Positions 32,412-36,551 of a stretch of DNA of 36,551 nt are shown here, one piece after another; position 1 is the first letter of the stretch, and every line of letters starts with the position of its first letter. Both the position numbers and the translations under genes were made by a program. Source of the stretch: Escherichia coli. Its GTDB lineage: Bacteria > Pseudomonadota > Gammaproteobacteria > Enterobacterales > Enterobacteriaceae. The stretch lies in NCBI RefSeq assembly GCF_003334765.1, contig NZ_QOWT01000037.1; one strand, given 5' to 3'. The notes under the pieces were generated by a model. The model had not been told where the DNA came from and ran no database searches. It worked only from the letters and a program-made list of their open reading frames with translations.

Positions 32412-33563
32412 TTACAGCATCTCAATAAAGGCCGCGACACGGGTACTGAGCTGCCCGACATCCGAGGTGGAGTAGTCTGTTTCAATAGCGATATAAGGAA
32501 TGTTGTGCTGCTGGCGCACATGACGTTTAATCGCCAGCGATTCCACCGCGTAGGTATGGCACGCCTGCAAAATCACATCAACTACGCCATCGACCTGATA
32601 TTCCTCCACCATCTGGCTGAGCATTTTCAGGCGCTGATCGTTCGGCGAAACACAGGAGCAGCCAATCGCCAGATATTTATCCGCCAGCGCGTCGTAGACA
32701 TCGCCCGTTTCTGCCACGCATTGCTCGGTCGCTTTCGCCCCGGTGCAGTTTTCATAACCGACAACCCAGCCGCCATTCTCTTCAATCGCGCGCACCACTT
32801 TTTCTGCTGCGCCGCCAATCGGGCAGCCGGTGATTAAAATGCGCGGACGCGGGTCCAGTCGCTGGCCTTCTTCCCACTGCTGACGAACGCGGGCGGTCAT
32901 TGCATCCAGTTCATTGATCAACGCCTCTTTATCGAACCGGAAGGTTGCGCCGTAAACCACTTTCAGAATGTCGCTGCCGCTAAGCGCCGGAGGATTTAAC
33001 TGCCCAAGATGATAAAAATTAGCCAGTGCGCGACGTTCGCGGTTTTTCAGCGCAATGGCATCGCGCAGAGCATCTTCGCTAATCTCGTGCCCAAAACGTT
33101 CTTCTACCGTTTTTTGCAAGCGCAGCATCTCGGCTTTCCATAACGCACGCGAGGCATCGTCCTTAACGCTGTTGGGCAATTGCATCACATGAACAGGCTT
33201 AAACTCCGCCATGTATTCATACATTTTCTTTTTGCCGTCGCAGGTGGTTTCACCGACCACCAGATCCGAAAAGTAGAAGTAGGGGCATTTATCGGTTTTG
33301 CCGAAGCCGTAGCTGCTTTTAATCAGCGGGCAGAGGTTGCGCGGCAGATCTTTCTCCGCTTCTTCAATGGTTTCATCAGAGGTGGAACAGAGCGAAACCA
33401 CAACCGCACCGGCTGCCATCGGGATCTCTTGCGGCATAAAGGTGCAGTAAGTGCCAACCAGCGGAATGCCGCGCTCCTTGAGATCCATGACGGTGAGAAA
33501 GCCTGTCTGGCGAGCTTCAGAGAACTGATCGAAAATGGCGGGTAGATCGGTGACAAGTGACAT
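32412..33563 (-). CDS. yjiM: 2-hydroxyglutaryl-CoA dehydratase D-component-like protein
   Basis: ORF 32412..33584; ATG at 33563 (MSLVTDLPAIFDQFSEARQTG..., gaagga SD) gives 383 aa. Confidence 0.9.
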   Translation of the reverse strand: MSLVTDLPAIFDQFSEARQTGFLTVMDLKERGIPLVGTYCTFMPQEIPMAAGAVVVSLCSTSDETIEEAEKDLPRNLCPLIKSSYGFGKTDKCPYFYFSDLVVGETTCDGKKKMYEYMAEFKPVHVMQLPNSVKDDASRALWKAEMLRLQKTVEERFGHEISEDALRDAIALKNRERRALANFYHLGQLNPPALSGSDILKVVYGATFRFDKEALINELDAMTARVRQQWEEGQRLDPRPRILITGCPIGGAAEKVVRAIEENGGWVVGYENCTGAKATEQCVAETGDVYDALADKYLAIGCSCVSPNDQRLKMLSQMVEEYQVDGVVDVILQACHTYAVESLAIKRHVRQQHNIPYIAIETDYSTSDVGQLSTRVAAFIEML

Positions 33564-33678
33564 GATTTTCCTTCCCCGTACCACGGGAGATAATGAAAAG
33601 AGGCCACATTATTACCATTCTTTTAGTATGGTTTATTTGATCTCTCTCGCGGTTAGCCACTTAGTTTTTCATGGATTT

Positions 33679-34959
33679 CTAAAAATTGCCGAGGGGGAAC
33701 AAGGCCGGGAGCTGCGACAGCAAATATAAAATTAGCCCAATACAACCGCCAACCAGCGTACCGTTGACACGAATAAACTGCAGATCTTTGCCGATATTTA
33801 ACTCTATTTGCCGCGACATATCCCGCGCATCCCAGCTTTTTACCGTATCGCTGATGTGGCGCGTCAGGAATGCGGAAAACTCAGGCGCGACGCGGTGCGC
33901 GGCTTGTTCAAGATGACCATTTAACGACGCCCGCAAGGCATCATCGGCAATTAACGTTTCGCCAAACCATTGACCCGCTCGTGCGATGCGTTCTTTCACA
34001 CGAGAATCTTCACTGTTGATATCCACTTTCAGCCATTCCCGTAAATCCCCCCACAATTCACTGAGATAGCGATTAAAAGCTTCATCTTCTTTCAGATAGC
34101 TTTTTACGGCATCGGCTCGCGCTGCCATTTCCGGATCGTTTTTCAGCTTGTCGATCAGGGCGAAGGTGGCGCGATCAAACGCATGGCGGATCTGATGCGC
34201 ACGATCGCGACTAATATCATCAAGCAAAGAATTCACCGCGTCAGAAACCAACTCCGCGCTATGTTCGCCCAACCATTCGGTGGGGAGAATTTTGGCTTTC
34301 AGTGGATGCTCGCTCTCCAGCCAGCGAACAATTTGCTGGGCGATAAACTTGCGCGATTTATCGCGCTGGAGAAGGGCGATCAACTGTGCGATCAGCGTAT
34401 CCAGCAGCACCTGATGACGATCGTTTTTGGTCATACTCTCCAGCATCAACGCACTGGTGCCGGAAAGATCGACCTTATCAATCGCCCGATGGACCGCGCG
34501 CTTAAGCAGGCGCTGAATACGCGCATCATCGGTAAGTTCGAGAAAACCGCTCATGATCTGCAACAGATGCTGACCAACGCGGCGGGCGTTTTCTGGCTGG
34601 CTAAACCAGTTGCCAATCAGCAACGCCGGTTCGTGGCGTCGAATCAATGCCACCAGGGATTGAGTATCAAGAAATTTTTCCTGCACGAACTGGCCGAGAT
34701 TTTCGCCAATCCGGTCTTTATTACGCGGGATAATCGCCGTATGGCGAGAAATGATCGGAATCGGCACGCGGCGAAACAGCGCCACCACCGCAAACCAGTC
34801 CGCCAGCGCGCCGACCATCGCCGCTTCAGCAATCGCCTTCACGCCGCTCACCCAAAAATTGGGCGGCAAAAACAGCGTAACGACAAAGGTAGCAGCGGCG
34901 ATAAGCAGTAAAGAGAGCGCCAACATTTTGGCGCGTCTGAGTTCAATGAGTTTATTCAT
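33679..34959 (-). CDS. yjiN: DUF445-family membrane-associated protein YjiN
   Basis: 426-aa [35 protein letters not shown]... Confidence 0.9.
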   Translation of the reverse strand: MNKLIELRRAKMLALSLLLIAAATFVVTLFLPPNFWVSGVKAIAEAAMVGALADWFAVVALFRRVPIPIISRHTAIIPRNKDRIGENLGQFVQEKFLDTQSLVALIRRHEPALLIGNWFSQPENARRVGQHLLQIMSGFLELTDDARIQRLLKRAVHRAIDKVDLSGTSALMLESMTKNDRHQVLLDTLIAQLIALLQRDKSRKFIAQQIVRWLESEHPLKAKILPTEWLGEHSAELVSDAVNSLLDDISRDRAHQIRHAFDRATFALIDKLKNDPEMAARADAVKSYLKEDEAFNRYLSELWGDLREWLKVDINSEDSRVKERIARAGQWFGETLIADDALRASLNGHLEQAAHRVAPEFSAFLTRHISDTVKSWDARDMSRQIELNIGKDLQFIRVNGTLVGGCIGLILYLLSQLPALFPLGNF

Positions 34960-34999
34960 AACGTTAAGAATAGAGCCTGACGGCAGGATCGCGCAAAAA

Positions 35000-36232
35000 T
35001 CACTGCTCCTCTGCCAGCTCGGCAGCCTGATGTTGGCGCACGCGATTAAGCAATCCCGCCAGGGTGAAAACGACGATAACGCCCGCCACGACGGCTAACA
35101 GATGAAACGGCAAGCGACCGCCGTTAAACCACAGCCACCGGCCGATTTCGACCGAGACAGACATCACCATCAGGATCACCATATTCAGCGATGCGGAGAC
35201 GGTCCCTTTCGGTAAGTTATTGGAAAACAGCGTAAAGCGGAATAAGGTCGGGAAGATCAAACCAATCCCGAAAGCATACAAACTGGTGCCCAGCACCGAC
35301 CACAGCCATACGTGCGGTGACAGCAGATTGCCGATAATCAACAGCGCGAGGCCAACCAGTTGAATGGGTACGGCACGCCAGATAAAGCGCGGTTCGGTCG
35401 GATCTTTAACGAAACGCGCCACGATGGCATTCGCGACAATCACCGCGCCGAACACCGGAACCTGTGTCCAGGCGAACTGCGAGGTCGTTAAGCCGCCTGC
35501 GTCAATCAGGATCACCGGCGAGACAGCCACCCAACTCATCATTGGGATATAGCTTAAAGAGATGGTTGCTGCACCAAAGAGGAACTGCCGATTGCAAAAG
35601 ACATTACGAAAATCGCGCAAGACGCTTTTGGCGCTAAATGAAACCGCGCCGCGCTTCACCGTCTCTGGCATCGCCAGCAGTAAGCCAACAAATGAGATAA
35701 AACCCATAATCGCAATGATGGCAAAAAGGACTTTCCAGTGTACAAAGTGCATCAGAGCTGCGCCGGAAAGCGGGCCGATAATCGGCGCAATCAGTACGAT
35801 GGAGGTGATAATCGCCATCAACCTGATCCCTTTTGTCTGGCCGAACGCCTCCTGCACCGTGACATAACCAACGGTGGCAATAAAACAGATACTGGTGCCC
35901 TGAATTGCACGCGCGATAAGAAACTGTGTCATAGACGTTGTGAACATTGTCGCAGCGCAGGCAAGGGTAAATATTAGCGCCCCGGTAATCAGCACCGGCC
36001 TGCGGCCAATCCTGTCGGAAAGCGGCCCCAGCAGCCACTGTAACGCCATACCGCCCGCGAGATAGAGACTGACGGCTGCCGGGGCCAGACTGACATCGGC
36101 ATTAAAATCACGGACCACATTAATGATCCCCGGCTGAATCAGGTCCGTCGACAGGTACGCGGCAAAATCATACAAAATCAACGCCATCGGGAAAAACAGC
36201 GTGGCGGCATGCGTTGCTTTTAATCCCGCCAT
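35000..36232 (-). CDS. mdtM: MFS multidrug efflux transporter
   Basis: ORF 35000..36259 (419 aa); the ATG at 36232 ([26 protein letters not shown]...) gives 410 aa; the ATG at 36259 has a stronger SD (taaggtga) and remains an alternative. Confidence 0.9.
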   Translation of the reverse strand: MAGLKATHAATLFFPMALILYDFAAYLSTDLIQPGIINVVRDFNADVSLAPAAVSLYLAGGMALQWLLGPLSDRIGRRPVLITGALIFTLACAATMFTTSMTQFLIARAIQGTSICFIATVGYVTVQEAFGQTKGIRLMAIITSIVLIAPIIGPLSGAALMHFVHWKVLFAIIAIMGFISFVGLLLAMPETVKRGAVSFSAKSVLRDFRNVFCNRQFLFGAATISLSYIPMMSWVAVSPVILIDAGGLTTSQFAWTQVPVFGAVIVANAIVARFVKDPTEPRFIWRAVPIQLVGLALLIIGNLLSPHVWLWSVLGTSLYAFGIGLIFPTLFRFTLFSNNLPKGTVSASLNMVILMVMSVSVEIGRWLWFNGGRLPFHLLAVVAGVIVVFTLAGLLNRVRQHQAAELAEEQ

Positions 36233-36551
36233 TAAGCCTTTACCAAAATGGTTATTCATCGTTCACCTTATTCGCTATATATCGCCATATATAGCGATGT
36301 TTTAGGCAAAGAACGACTTTTGCGCACGCTATTTTTTCATGCTTGTTTAAGACGTAATCCCGTAAGAGATAAACCTATCAGGAGAGATATTTATCAAACC
36401 ATTTCAGTGTCCTTTGCCAGGCAAGATCGGCGGCAGATTTGTCATAACGGGGCGTGGAATCATTATGGAATCCGGGTAATGCTGCCAACTTACTGATTTA
36501 GTGTATGATGGTGATTTTAAGGTGCTTGCGTGGCTTCCATTTCCATCAGAT

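Overview
This window reads as an Escherichia coli-type chromosomal segment. The left ~4.4 kb is accessory: the terminus of a CP4-like cryptic-prophage/genomic-island arm (CbeA/CbtA-family antitoxin-toxin pair, YeeW-like gene, small ORFs), a short stretch resembling the 3' end of tRNA-Leu (leuX) with a triplicated 8-mer (likely island att remnant), a frameshifted gene, and a McrA-like HNH endonuclease gene with an unassigned N-terminal domain. The rest is conserved backbone: nanC-nanM-nanS (minus strand), the long nanC-fimB regulatory intergenic region with a NanR operator, fimB, fimE, the 314-bp invertible fimS switch (promoter pointing away from fimA, i.e. phase-OFF as sequenced), fimAICDFGH, gntP, uxuA-uxuB, uxuR, yjiC, iraD, hypT, iadA-yjiG-yjiH, kptA, yjiJ, yjiK, yjiL-yjiM, yjiN and mdtM. 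No CRISPR array, rRNA/tRNA gene or transposase was found. The most interesting candidates are the HNH nuclease locus at the island boundary and a small DUF3343-like ORF translationally coupled to yjiL. All identifications rest on the supplied ORF translations and recall of protein families; no database search was run.
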